Position numbers and translations under genes: made by a program
DNA from: Spirochaetota bacterium
Lineage (GTDB): Bacteria > Spirochaetota > UBA4802 > UBA5550
DNA length: 64,000 nt
NCBI GenBank assembly: GCA_963664815.2
Contig: CAXXHB010000003.1
Span: 1,600,001 to 1,664,000 of the forward strand
Reading direction: 5' to 3'
Shown here: piece after piece, positions 9,290-18,835 of the stretch
Position numbering within the stretch: the stretch's first letter is position 1
Layout of the letters: every line of letters begins with the position of its first letter
The notes under the pieces: generated by a model
Seen by the model: the letters and a program-made list of their open reading frames with translations, nothing else
Database searches by the model: none
Told to the model about the DNA's origin: nothing

Positions 9290-10243
9290 GTGCAGAAAAA
9301 TGGCAGTAAAAGTCCGAAGAACAAAAATCAGAATAAAATATGGGATAATATTTCGATAAAAGATCATCCTCTTGATGGTATGGGAAATCCTTCTTATAAA
9401 AAATATGATCCCATATTAAGTGTTTATAAATATTCAGCAGACTATAGGGATCCGGTTCTGGGGAAAATTGATAAATCAGAAAACCTGTTCAGCAAAAAAT
9501 ATAAGTGGAGAATGAAAGGGCTTAGTATAGATTCAAGATTTTTTGCTGTCTGGTCAAATGAGAAAATTTATAAAAACTATTTCAATTCACTTTATAAAAC
9601 AGCAAAAAGTATGCATAACAGGTATAGAGATAGTGATAGTGTTATGGCGGTTGAGCCGGAGGATTATGTTGCTATGACTATAGGTTATTTTATTAAAAGT
9701 ACAGAGAAGTGTCAGCTGGAATATAATAATCTTATAGATAAGATCGGCTATTATAGTCATTACCCCCTTGATGATACATATAAAAGTTCTGAAGAGATAG
9801 GCCTTGGTGTAATGAAAATGTATAATCAAAAGCTGAAGTCTAACTTCACGGATGCTCTGCGAAGACGAGGACCTGTGCCGCAGGGTAATATACTGAACAT
9901 TGTTAACTCCGACCAGTCGTTTACTGATTCCGTAATTTCAATCGAGCAGGAAGTCTCTTCGCTTCCTTACTTGAAAAAAAAAGGTTATGCCGGGGCTGTG
10001 TTTTATTATCTTGCACTTGGTTCCCTTTCCAAAAAGGAGATAGAAATCAGTGTTAAAGAAAAATTTCAGATAGCAGGAAATGATTTTAAATACTGCATTC
10101 AGCGGGCTGTCCATGAAATTAAAAGTGATATAATATACAGGATTTTATCTATTCAGAAGGAAATCTGTAATCATGGTGATATAGAAGTGCTGCTTATCAG
10201 AATTGGAGAGTATCTGAGTTTACAGTATGAAGGAGTTGCCTAA
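9290..10243 (+). CDS. Divergent ECF/sigma-70-like factor (putative)
   Basis: EPEDYVAMTIGYF (~region 2.2 DAEDLVQE), KSNFTDALRRR (~region 2.4 N..IDYLRR), AVFYYLALGSLSKKEI...KYCIQRAVHEIK (~region 4 HTH); GGAGG RBS, GTG start; motif resemblance only. Confidence 0.5.
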   Translation: MQKNGSKSPKNKNQNKIWDNISIKDHPLDGMGNPSYKKYDPILSVYKYSADYRDPVLGKIDKSENLFSKKYKWRMKGLSIDSRFFAVWSNEKIYKNYFNSLYKTAKSMHNRYRDSDSVMAVEPEDYVAMTIGYFIKSTEKCQLEYNNLIDKIGYYSHYPLDDTYKSSEEIGLGVMKMYNQKLKSNFTDALRRRGPVPQGNILNIVNSDQSFTDSVISIEQEVSSLPYLKKKGYAGAVFYYLALGSLSKKEIEISVKEKFQIAGNDFKYCIQRAVHEIKSDIIYRILSIQKEICNHGDIEVLLIRIGEYLSLQYEGVA

Positions 10244-11811
10244 TGGAAAGATATAATGAAGCTGTTGCATCACTTAAAGATACATTTCGAAATACCTTTT
10301 TTTCTGAATATGACCCTTTTAATGCGGGCGGCAGAGATCGTGAAATTATGGAAAGCTTCTACTCTGTTTTGAATAATTTTTTATCAGACATGAGTGTAAC
10401 GGGGAAAAAAGATCTTCTGGACCTGCTTGATAATTCGGAAGAGTTTTCATCTAATAATTCATTTGAGATGGATTTTGATCCGTACTTTATTCTTCAGCTT
10501 GCTGCTGACGGAAATCCCCTCTTTGATTCATTGCCTGATGAAACACTGCGCATGGTTGAGCAGCTGCTGAGATCTGAATCTGAATTTCTTGAAGATCTTT
10601 TTGTCTGTGTCGGTCTGAATAATGTGAATCTGCAGAATGAATATATGCTCCAGATGGCGTTGCCTTCATGGAGTGAAATAATGACGCGGATCTTTTTTGA
10701 AGAGAGGAATATTCTTGATGACCTTAGAGCTCCCGATTCAGTTGCGTCAATGGACCCTTCGGTGATTGTTTCTTTTTATCTTGATAGGGATTTTGATAAA
10801 GAAAAGTATAGTTCCTTTGATTTTTTTAAAGATAACGTTCTCAGGAGAGATTTTGAGAAGGCCGCATATATTATTCCGGGTATTTTTAATTTTATTGCCC
10901 AGAGAATTGCAGATCCGGAAAGCTTTTCTTCTTTCCCGGTTGATTTTAATATAATCAAAGAAGTTCAGCATTATATACTGCTCAAGAGTATTGTGGAGCT
11001 GCTTGTATCAGGATCACTTGCCACTGATGACGGCAAAGCCCTTCTTTCAAGGCTATACCTTATTTTTGCAGCATCTGCCGGAGTTAATGATGATAGCCCC
11101 AACTGGAGCTTTAATGCAGGACTGCTGGAAAAATTGTGTAATAATCCGGTAAGAATTGATTCTCTTAATTCGGTACCGTTTACAAGGATTAACAGGGTTG
11201 TTCTTAATTTTCTGACCTCCGTGGCGTATCTCTGTTCTGATGATGAGGGATTTATTAAATCATGTTCAAAACTTCCTGACAGATATGATGGGGTAGTCGA
11301 GTTGATGAATTCTCTGCATATGCAGGATATTACCAAAGAACGGGAGGCTGATTCTGTTCCGTATACTGCAAGGCTTTTTAATAATTTTACAGATGCAGTT
11401 TCGAGGTTTATGGAATCCGGGCTTCAGAGAGAGATGAAGGTTGTTGTTTTAAGGGAGCCTGCAGTAGCGGTGTTTGGTACTGTCCAGGTGCCGGAGAAAA
11501 AATACACAATAAGCGGAACAATAGGGGAATCCTCTTTCACCGCTAAAATTTCAACAGAACTGATAATGGATGAAAAAGCTATTATGCTTGAACTGGATTT
11601 TGATATTGATACTCCCGATCCGGACGGATATGAAGTTGCTTTATATATTAATTTTAAAGGTGTTAAGAAAAGAATTAACTCAAGGTTATTTAAGGGATCA
11701 GCCTTTCATCGGGTTTATAAGCTTGATCCTATGATTCGTATTTCCTATTCCCTTGAACTTTCCCTGACAGATGGAGAAGAATCCCTTATCCTTTTTTCAG
11801 CGGAGTACTGA
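10243..11811 (+). CDS. Acidic hypothetical protein, candidate anti-sigma / protease substrate
   Basis: TAATG overlap with the sigma-like gene; helical N-terminus and beta-rich ~110-aa C-terminus; function inferred from position only. Confidence 0.75.
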   Translation: MERYNEAVASLKDTFRNTFFSEYDPFNAGGRDREIMESFYSVLNNFLSDMSVTGKKDLLDLLDNSEEFSSNNSFEMDFDPYFILQLAADGNPLFDSLPDETLRMVEQLLRSESEFLEDLFVCVGLNNVNLQNEYMLQMALPSWSEIMTRIFFEERNILDDLRAPDSVASMDPSVIVSFYLDRDFDKEKYSSFDFFKDNVLRRDFEKAAYIIPGIFNFIAQRIADPESFSSFPVDFNIIKEVQHYILLKSIVELLVSGSLATDDGKALLSRLYLIFAASAGVNDDSPNWSFNAGLLEKLCNNPVRIDSLNSVPFTRINRVVLNFLTSVAYLCSDDEGFIKSCSKLPDRYDGVVELMNSLHMQDITKEREADSVPYTARLFNNFTDAVSRFMESGLQREMKVVVLREPAVAVFGTVQVPEKKYTISGTIGESSFTAKISTELIMDEKAIMLELDFDIDTPDPDGYEVALYINFKGVKKRINSRLFKGSAFHRVYKLDPMIRISYSLELSLTDGEESLILFSAEY

Positions 11812-11813
11812 AA

Positions 11814-14800
11814 ATGTTGGTGCTGCGGTTTAAAAAGAAGTCTGACAGAATCGATATTATCGAGTTTTATATTCATAATCAGGGAGATGAACTGAATTCT
11901 ACAGACAGTATAGATATATCAATGGGGGGCACCGGGTGGGCCGGTTATCTTGCTTCAATCTGGAAATGCAAACAGATTATTGAGGGGGCAGTTCTTTCCG
12001 GAAAATTTACTAAAGAGATTCTGAATAAAATGCTGCCGCAGTTTGAAGTGCGGAAGCTGTTTCCGCATCTTGCAGAGAGGAGCGATGGACCGCTCAGTGT
12101 CAGGGATATCTGGCTTAAAAGTGTAGTCTCATCAAACCAGCCCCAGAGAATGGTTCTTCAGGTTGATTCGGATACAGGAATGGTACCATGGGAGTATGGA
12201 GATCTTTCTGAAAATGAGTATTTTTTCAGCAGGCATATACTGACACGACTCCCTTCCGGCATATCTTATACAAAATTGAAGAAACTCGCCAGTTCTGATA
12301 ATATAAATTTTAATCGCGGAATAAGAATATTCCCTGTACTTGCAGATGTAGGGGAGGTAAAATATTTTTCTGAAACGAAAAAATTTATAGATAAGATGAC
12401 TTCTGATCTTGGACAGGAGTATTTTGATGATGACTATAATAATTCATACACCCTGTTTTTGAAAAGTTTCTGCAGTTATCCGGTTGTACATCTTATCTGT
12501 CATGGACCCGGACTTGAAAACAGCTCTAATGCGATTCAGGTAGACCATAGATTTATACCGGTCAGAGATTTTATTAATAACCTGATTGAGCAGTATGTTA
12601 TAAGGAATGAATTTCCCGCTCTTCTCATCCTTTCAGTTTGCGGAGGCGGTTCAGCTATAACTCCTGATCTGATAGCTGAACTCTTTGAAAGGACTTCTGT
12701 CAGTAATATCATTGTATCTTTTTTTTCAATTCCGGTTAATAATACTACTTTTGATTTCTATACAGAATTATACAGAAATATAATTCATAAAGGGATGGCT
12801 GTTTCAGAGGCCTTTCACAAGGCTGTCAATGACCCGTTTAATCCTATAGGAGCAATACACCAGCTCTGGGGAAACCCTGATGTAAAATTTACCCGCATGA
12901 CTGCTGTAGACCAAAATACTGCCGTGAAGGTTCATGATACTGCAACAGCATCGATCTCCGATGCTATAATGGCAAACAAGGTAATGGACCTTATGAAGTC
13001 AAACTCCTTTGACGAGGCATCTGCGGTTATTGACGGCATAAACGATGATGAGACGCAGCAGAAGCTTAGATCAATGAGCAGCAACCTTGAAGCGGATGTT
13101 GCAGAACTTCTGGATAAAGCCCGTTTATCGAGCAGGGATGTTTACACAAATATATTTAAGGAAGGGAGTATCATTGACGGTATTGCTGAATTGGGACTGT
13201 GGCCCGATGGAGAGATATATCACATTGCGTGCGGATTTTATGATTATATAAATAAGGAGAAAAGTATAAGGATCAGGATCCCGGAGGACCAGAGCAGCCA
13301 AAATATTGAACGCCTCAGCTCCCTTGTCAATTCAGACAGCTATAATTCGGCAGCAGGTCTTGAGAAATACTATTACTGTTCAGACTACAGGCTTTTCGGG
13401 GAGAATTTTTCAATATTTTATATCTGCGGCGAAATGCCCGTGGGTGAAAATATTAATTCAGATTCTTTGAAGGAGATTCTGCAGGGGATGTCCCCGGAAG
13501 AGAAAATAGGGATTGCTGTAAAAACCGCTTCTGATCTGTGCAGCGCAATGAATCTTTTTCATAAAAATGATCTGTATTTCCAGACGATTGAACCTTCAAA
13601 AGTATATATAAATCTGAACGGACCTTCTGCCGAGTCCATATATATTGCAGACGCTATGTTTTGTGCTGTCACGGAGGATAAAATAAGCGGCCTTCCTGAA
13701 AACGATGAATGTATATCTGATAGATTAATTGTTTCTAACATGATGGATGTTGCAGGGATAGTGTTTCATGATATTCTTGGTTATGAAGGAGACCTGGGGT
13801 CTCCGTTAAAACCGGGAGTAGCTCTGGTGATTGATGATCATCGCAATCTTATCCGCTGTTATTTTATGAATGAAGAAGGTTATGACAGGGTAATCTCTGA
13901 TAGAAGATTTCATGCATTACTTAAGCTTACTGACTGTAGAAAAGCGAGCAGATACCGGAGTGCGGGTGAAGCGGCTATAATCCTTAAAGGGGGGAATACG
14001 GTTTTTATTAATGAAATGAAAGAAACCGTTATGGCAGGTTCCCGGTTATTATATCTTATGGACAGATATGAAGATCCTGTTACTGTTGATGATATATGCA
14101 ATAATTTCGGGAGGACTGTGCTTCTTGATGAACTGCTGAAAAAAGGGTCGGATATGGCCTCTCCGAAGGTAGTAATAGTTAATGCGATGAACAGGCATGA
14201 TTTTTATCGTTGCCTTGAACCCTCTAAAACTTCCGGTGATCCATTTTTTATAGTTCTTCTTAAAAGTGGAATTAATATTATGATTCTTGATATTAACGAT
14301 GTGTTTGATGTCGATGAGAAAGCAGTGAGATACTATCATTTTTTTATGACATATATGAAAAGATATCTTGAACAGCCGTCGAGACCGTCTGTAGTAATGC
14401 TTTATTCTAACGCGGTTTACAGTTTTTTTAAAGATAAAAATCTGCTCAAGCATATGAAGATTTTATTTAATTCACCATATGATATTCATGATTATTATAG
14501 AGAAATTCACAATTCATCCCTGGCTTCCGAAATTCAGCTTGATGAAAATGAGATAAATGAAATTGCAGCGAATTGCATAGGACTGACATTACGCGAAGTC
14601 AAATACGCCATGGGTTATATTCTATCCTGCGATCTGATGAATTCAGTTTCGGGTGACGGTTTTAAGAGCTACCTGAATGAATACCGCATGAAAACAATGC
14701 TTTCAGGATCGAGGATTCTCAGGTTATATACTCCAAAGGATGATGTTTACGGGGGGTATCATGGTCTGGATGATTTCATAACTTCAGTCAGGATAAGTCT

Positions 14801-15539
14801 TGATTATAACTTCAGCATCAATTTCAAGTCATCTATTTTTACCGGGTTTTCCGGGACAGGGAAAAAATCCGCTGTGTCGTATCTGGTAAAAAGGCTGGAA
14901 ATCCCGGCTGTTTCGCTGGATATTTCGGAGATATTTGCAAACGGTTTAGACTCCAATCCAGTAGGCCTGCTAAGGTATGCTCTGGCACTTGTAAAACAGA
15001 TGCAGCCGTGTATATTGATAATTAACAGGTTTATAAAAGATATCATAGTTGCTTCAGAGAATTCATCAGCTCTGAAACTTATAATGGGGACTCTTCTCAC
15101 ATGGCTTCAGGATATCGGAAATACAAATATTCTGGTGTTTGCCCATGATTCTGTTAACAGTATAGCCGATGCAGAATCTCTTAATCATGAATTTACAAGA
15201 TCCGGACGATTTACGGAAAAATTTTTTTTTAATTACCCGTCTATTGACTCCGAAAAAGAGATTCTCGGATTATATGCCGGGTCTCTCGGTGTTAAGATAA
15301 GCGATGAAGAAGCAGTTGCCGTATTATCGGAAGAACAGATGTCCGGTTGTCTGACTCCTGCTGATATCCGTTATACAATGAATGAAACAGCGCTCAGGTA
15401 TATAAAGAATGAGAATGGTACAGTACCGGATCTTTTCAGGGGTGTTGTGAAGAGGGGGTTATATCTCAGGTCTGATAGAAATTATAATGCTGCACTGGCT
15501 GGAAGAATGAAAGATTCCGGATATACTATATTGAATTAA
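11814..15539 (+). CDS. CHAT (caspase/HetF-like) peptidase - pseudokinase - degenerate AAA+ fusion protein
   Basis: CHAT: VPWEY, VHLICHG (His230), LILSVC (Cys276), LWGNP. Kinase-like: LFHKNDLYFQTIEPSKVYI, YIADAM, SRYRSAGEA. AAA+: GFSGTGKK, ILIINRF (no DE), TRSGRF. Confidence 0.8.
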   Translation: MLVLRFKKKSDRIDIIEFYIHNQGDELNSTDSIDISMGGTGWAGYLASIWKCKQIIEGAVLSGKFTKEILNKMLPQFEVRKLFPHLAERSDGPLSVRDIWLKSVVSSNQPQRMVLQVDSDTGMVPWEYGDLSENEYFFSRHILTRLPSGISYTKLKKLASSDNINFNRGIRIFPVLADVGEVKYFSETKKFIDKMTSDLGQEYFDDDYNNSYTLFLKSFCSYPVVHLICHGPGLENSSNAIQVDHRFIPVRDFINNLIEQYVIRNEFPALLILSVCGGGSAITPDLIAELFERTSVSNIIVSFFSIPVNNTTFDFYTELYRNIIHKGMAVSEAFHKAVNDPFNPIGAIHQLWGNPDVKFTRMTAVDQNTAVKVHDTATASISDAIMANKVMDLMKSNSFDEASAVIDGINDDETQQKLRSMSSNLEADVAELLDKARLSSRDVYTNIFKEGSIIDGIAELGLWPDGEIYHIACGFYDYINKEKSIRIRIPEDQSSQNIERLSSLVNSDSYNSAAGLEKYYYCSDYRLFGENFSIFYICGEMPVGENINSDSLKEILQGMSPEEKIGIAVKTASDLCSAMNLFHKNDLYFQTIEPSKVYINLNGPSAESIYIADAMFCAVTEDKISGLPENDECISDRLIVSNMMDVAGIVFHDILGYEGDLGSPLKPGVALVIDDHRNLIRCYFMNEEGYDRVISDRRFHALLKLTDCRKASRYRSAGEAAIILKGGNTVFINEMKETVMAGSRLLYLMDRYEDPVTVDDICNNFGRTVLLDELLKKGSDMASPKVVIVNAMNRHDFYRCLEPSKTSGDPFFIVLLKSGINIMILDINDVFDVDEKAVRYYHFFMTYMKRYLEQPSRPSVVMLYSNAVYSFFKDKNLLKHMKILFNSPYDIHDYYREIHNSSLASEIQLDENEINEIAANCIGLTLREVKYAMGYILSCDLMNSVSGDGFKSYLNEYRMKTMLSGSRILRLYTPKDDVYGGYHGLDDFITSVRISLDYNFSINFKSSIFTGFSGTGKKSAVSYLVKRLEIPAVSLDISEIFANGLDSNPVGLLRYALALVKQMQPCILIINRFIKDIIVASENSSALKLIMGTLLTWLQDIGNTNILVFAHDSVNSIADAESLNHEFTRSGRFTEKFFFNYPSIDSEKEILGLYAGSLGVKISDEEAVAVLSEEQMSGCLTPADIRYTMNETALRYIKNENGTVPDLFRGVVKRGLYLRSDRNYNAALAGRMKDSGYTILN

Positions 15540-15552
15540 CAAGGAGAATGAT

Positions 15553-17388
15553 ATGTCTGCGCAGGAACAGGTACTCAAGGAGATAAAAAGTCACATTATA
15601 GCAGGGTTCCGTTTTATATATGTTTCGACATCTGAGGAGACTGAGTTTATAGACAGGATGAAAGATTCGGTTGAATCTGATTCTGCATTCGGTTCTCTTG
15701 TGCTTTTTGTTGATTACGACGAGATAACAACAATGTCCAGAATTTACGGAACAAATACAAAAAAAATTATAGATGACTATGGCTGGCCTATAAAGAATTT
15801 CAAGTATGAATGCAGCGATATCCAGAAAAAGGACTCGGCAACAATGGACAGGTATAATGGTATCAGCCACCCGCTTGAGATGGCGTTTAATCTTGAGAAC
15901 CTTAACCCTGTACTTGACAAAATCAATCAGTCTGAATTTCAGAGTGCCAAAGACAAGATCCGATTTATATTTTTTATCAAGGACGCTCACCTGCAGTTTT
16001 TTATCCGAACAAGAAATTTTAAAAGAATTGAAGATTTTTTTGAAAAGAGGGGATATAACCGTGCTGATTTTTTCTTTGTTCTTATCTCATCATTTCCGGG
16101 AAGTATTATTCCTGAAGATTTTTCCCGTTACGTTGTGAGTTTTGATTATCCGCTGCCGGGAATGGATACTATGAGAAAAATCATTGCAGAAAAGATTTTT
16201 GCAGGGAGCGAAAAGATTAATGAAGAGACAGATGTGCTGGTTGACAATTTTGCAAGAGCCGGAGTGGGTCTCTCCGAGAGGGAGTTCAGGCTCTCTTTAA
16301 ACCTTGCTATGCAGGAGGGGGAGGGCAAGCTCACCCTGAACACACTGGGTACCATACATAATCAGAAGTCACAGATACTGAAAACATCAAATCAGTTTCT
16401 TGAATATATTACAGACAGCACCATTTATGGAGGAGATGAAACTTTTAAGGATATAGGCGGAATGGACCAGCTCAAAGACTGGATAAAATTAAGGAAACTA
16501 CTTATTAACCCATCGGAGAAACTTGCATTTAACGAGGAACAACTTGCAATTCTCAACAGACTTGATAAACCCAAGGGCCTGCTGCTCTTTGGTATTTCCG
16601 GGGGAGGGAAATCCCTCATGGTACGTCACATAGCCCGACTATTCAAAGTACCTCTCCTACGTCTTGATATAGGGCGTATTTATGGCCAGTATGTAGGGCA
16701 GTCTGAAAGAAATATCAGGGAAACCATACGGCTTGCAGAGGCTATGTCTCCATGTGTATTATGGATTGATGAAATTGAGAAAGGGTTTGCCGGATCTCAG
16801 GGAAGCGGCGACAGCGGAACCTCCTCCAGGGTCTTCGGTTCATTTTTAACATGGATGCAGGAAAAAAAGGCTATGGTTTTTGTTGTGGCCACGGCAAATA
16901 ATATAACTTCAATACCACCTGAAATGACAAGGATGGGGCGTTTTGATGCACTCTTCTTCGTCCCGCTTCCTGATCTGGAGGGGCGTAAGGAGATATTTAA
17001 AATACATCTCCGTAAATATATTCCTTTAACAGTGATGCCGGATGAAAATGTTGACAGACTTGCTGCAGATGTTTTTGAAACCGGATCCAATAGCGAAAAT
17101 TTAAGATGCATCACCGGTGCGGAGATTGAACAGTGTGTTAAAAACGCGATCCTTGTTAATCTTCATTCATCTGTTTCATCAGGTGATTCTAATCTTGAAT
17201 CTGCAATCAGGGAACAATTCATGATTGTCACACCTATGTACAAAAACCCGGTATTAAACGAACAATACAGAGGTCTGTGCAGATGGGCGGAATCGCGGGC
17301 AATAATTGCGGGAGCTTATGATGATAACGATGATGACGCTCTAAATAGTTTCGGGAGGGATCCCGGAGCCGGCAGATTGAATCATTAA
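15553..17388 (+). CDS. AAA+ ATPase, Ycf46-like
   Basis: DIGGMDQLKDW, Walker A GISGGGKS, YVGQSE, Walker B LWIDEIEK, ATAN, RMGRFD; AAGGAG RBS. Confidence 0.92.
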   Translation: MSAQEQVLKEIKSHIIAGFRFIYVSTSEETEFIDRMKDSVESDSAFGSLVLFVDYDEITTMSRIYGTNTKKIIDDYGWPIKNFKYECSDIQKKDSATMDRYNGISHPLEMAFNLENLNPVLDKINQSEFQSAKDKIRFIFFIKDAHLQFFIRTRNFKRIEDFFEKRGYNRADFFFVLISSFPGSIIPEDFSRYVVSFDYPLPGMDTMRKIIAEKIFAGSEKINEETDVLVDNFARAGVGLSEREFRLSLNLAMQEGEGKLTLNTLGTIHNQKSQILKTSNQFLEYITDSTIYGGDETFKDIGGMDQLKDWIKLRKLLINPSEKLAFNEEQLAILNRLDKPKGLLLFGISGGGKSLMVRHIARLFKVPLLRLDIGRIYGQYVGQSERNIRETIRLAEAMSPCVLWIDEIEKGFAGSQGSGDSGTSSRVFGSFLTWMQEKKAMVFVVATANNITSIPPEMTRMGRFDALFFVPLPDLEGRKEIFKIHLRKYIPLTVMPDENVDRLAADVFETGSNSENLRCITGAEIEQCVKNAILVNLHSSVSSGDSNLESAIREQFMIVTPMYKNPVLNEQYRGLCRWAESRAIIAGAYDDNDDDALNSFGRDPGAGRLNH

Positions 17389-17402
17389 GGATAAGTCTGA
17401 TT

Positions 17403-18242
17403 ATGGATAGCTGGAAATATAATTTATACCGGACAGCATTTTCCTCTATTTTTATGAGGGCTGATTATAATTTAGAATATGACAGCTACAGGTATTTTCT
17501 TGATACATTCGGGAGTCTGAACCATGAGATGTATCTGTTATTGTGGGATAACCTTCTCCGTTACGTATATTTAAAAGATGAAAAATATGATATGTTTCTT
17601 TATGGAGAACTTTCACCCGTTTCCTATTCATTAAAATGGCATATGGATTATCTTCAAAACCCTGAGAAAAAAACCAGATCCAGATGCCGGTTCAGAAAAA
17701 GGCGGAATCCCCCTTATATGGAAATTATGAATTCGATATCTGAAACTCCAAATGTAGTCGATTATTTTTTTATAAATTCTATCTTCAGGAAATCAGACTC
17801 TCAATTTATTAAAGATGTGCTATTAAGTAATGACAAGCCTGCAAAATCCCTGGTCCAGTTTATCCGGAATAATCGTCTTCTTATTGCAGGAACACCTGCT
17901 GATAATTATCTTAAAGAATATGAAGCATCTCTCAATGCCGGCAGAAAAGATTCAGATAAAAGGAAAGAAAAAAATAACAATAAATGTGAGGATGTGAATC
18001 ATCCGAAAGTTTATCTATACAATCCGCCCGATGTGAATAATATAAAACAGCTTGTTCAATCCGGTATGGCAACAGTATCTATTCAGGAGGCTTTTTCTGT
18101 TTTTATCTCTTCCCAAATCTTGAGCCTCGATAACTTTTTTAAAAATGATATTATTAAAATGTTTAATCCGGTTTATTTTCCCGAAACTGAAAAAAAATTT
18201 CTGAAACACTATGCTGTTTCAGCAGAAGTTTCGTCTAAGTAG
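17403..18242 (+). CDS. Hypothetical protein (operon member)
   Basis: 279-aa ORF 14 bp after the AAA+ gene, with AAGGA RBS. Confidence 0.75.
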   Translation: MDSWKYNLYRTAFSSIFMRADYNLEYDSYRYFLDTFGSLNHEMYLLLWDNLLRYVYLKDEKYDMFLYGELSPVSYSLKWHMDYLQNPEKKTRSRCRFRKRRNPPYMEIMNSISETPNVVDYFFINSIFRKSDSQFIKDVLLSNDKPAKSLVQFIRNNRLLIAGTPADNYLKEYEASLNAGRKDSDKRKEKNNNKCEDVNHPKVYLYNPPDVNNIKQLVQSGMATVSIQEAFSVFISSQILSLDNFFKNDIIKMFNPVYFPETEKKFLKHYAVSAEVSSK

Positions 18243-18316
18243 ATTTAATATAGGGTAAATATCCGGCTGTTCAGGATCAGGCCGGTTTGCAATGATAAAT
18301 GATTTAAGGGGGAATT

Positions 18317-18835
18317 ATGAGCGGCAGGATTACAATTTGCCTTCAGAAGAGCGTTACAAAAAGAAAATTTCGCGGAACCGTTGAATTTCCCGGAAATCTC
18401 TACTCGTCAATACTTGGTGACCTGATAAAAGAGGGTCTTCTTACAGAATGGAAAGATGGGGATTATGAGGGGAAACCCTGTAAAATTAAAGAAGTAACCC
18501 TTATGTATATGGAGAATGAACTCACAGCGCAGCTGATACTTCAGCGGGATCAGGATGGCTACAACATGAACATCAGATTTGATCAGCAGAAGATCGAAAT
18601 ATACGAAGAGTGGGAGAACCAGGCTGGAAGCAGTATTGAAGAAGCATTGCAGAAGGTCACAGCTGTTGAATCCGCCCTTATCGATTACGAGGTGCTTAAA
18701 TATTACCACAAGGACAGAATTGATGTGACCCTTAATGTAAATGAATTCTCCGATGATCTTGTTAAGATTAAAGTGAATGATAATTATGAAAACCGTTCCC
18801 AGAAGATAGAATATTATGCCGTGGAGAGGTATTAA
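18317..18835 (+). CDS. Hypothetical protein, resembles small FtsH-ternary-system component
   Basis: AAGGGGG RBS; abuts the next gene (TAA-ATG); N-terminus MSGRITICLQKSV resembles such families from recall. Confidence 0.75.
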   Translation: MSGRITICLQKSVTKRKFRGTVEFPGNLYSSILGDLIKEGLLTEWKDGDYEGKPCKIKEVTLMYMENELTAQLILQRDQDGYNMNIRFDQQKIEIYEEWENQAGSSIEEALQKVTAVESALIDYEVLKYYHKDRIDVTLNVNEFSDDLVKIKVNDNYENRSQKIEYYAVERY

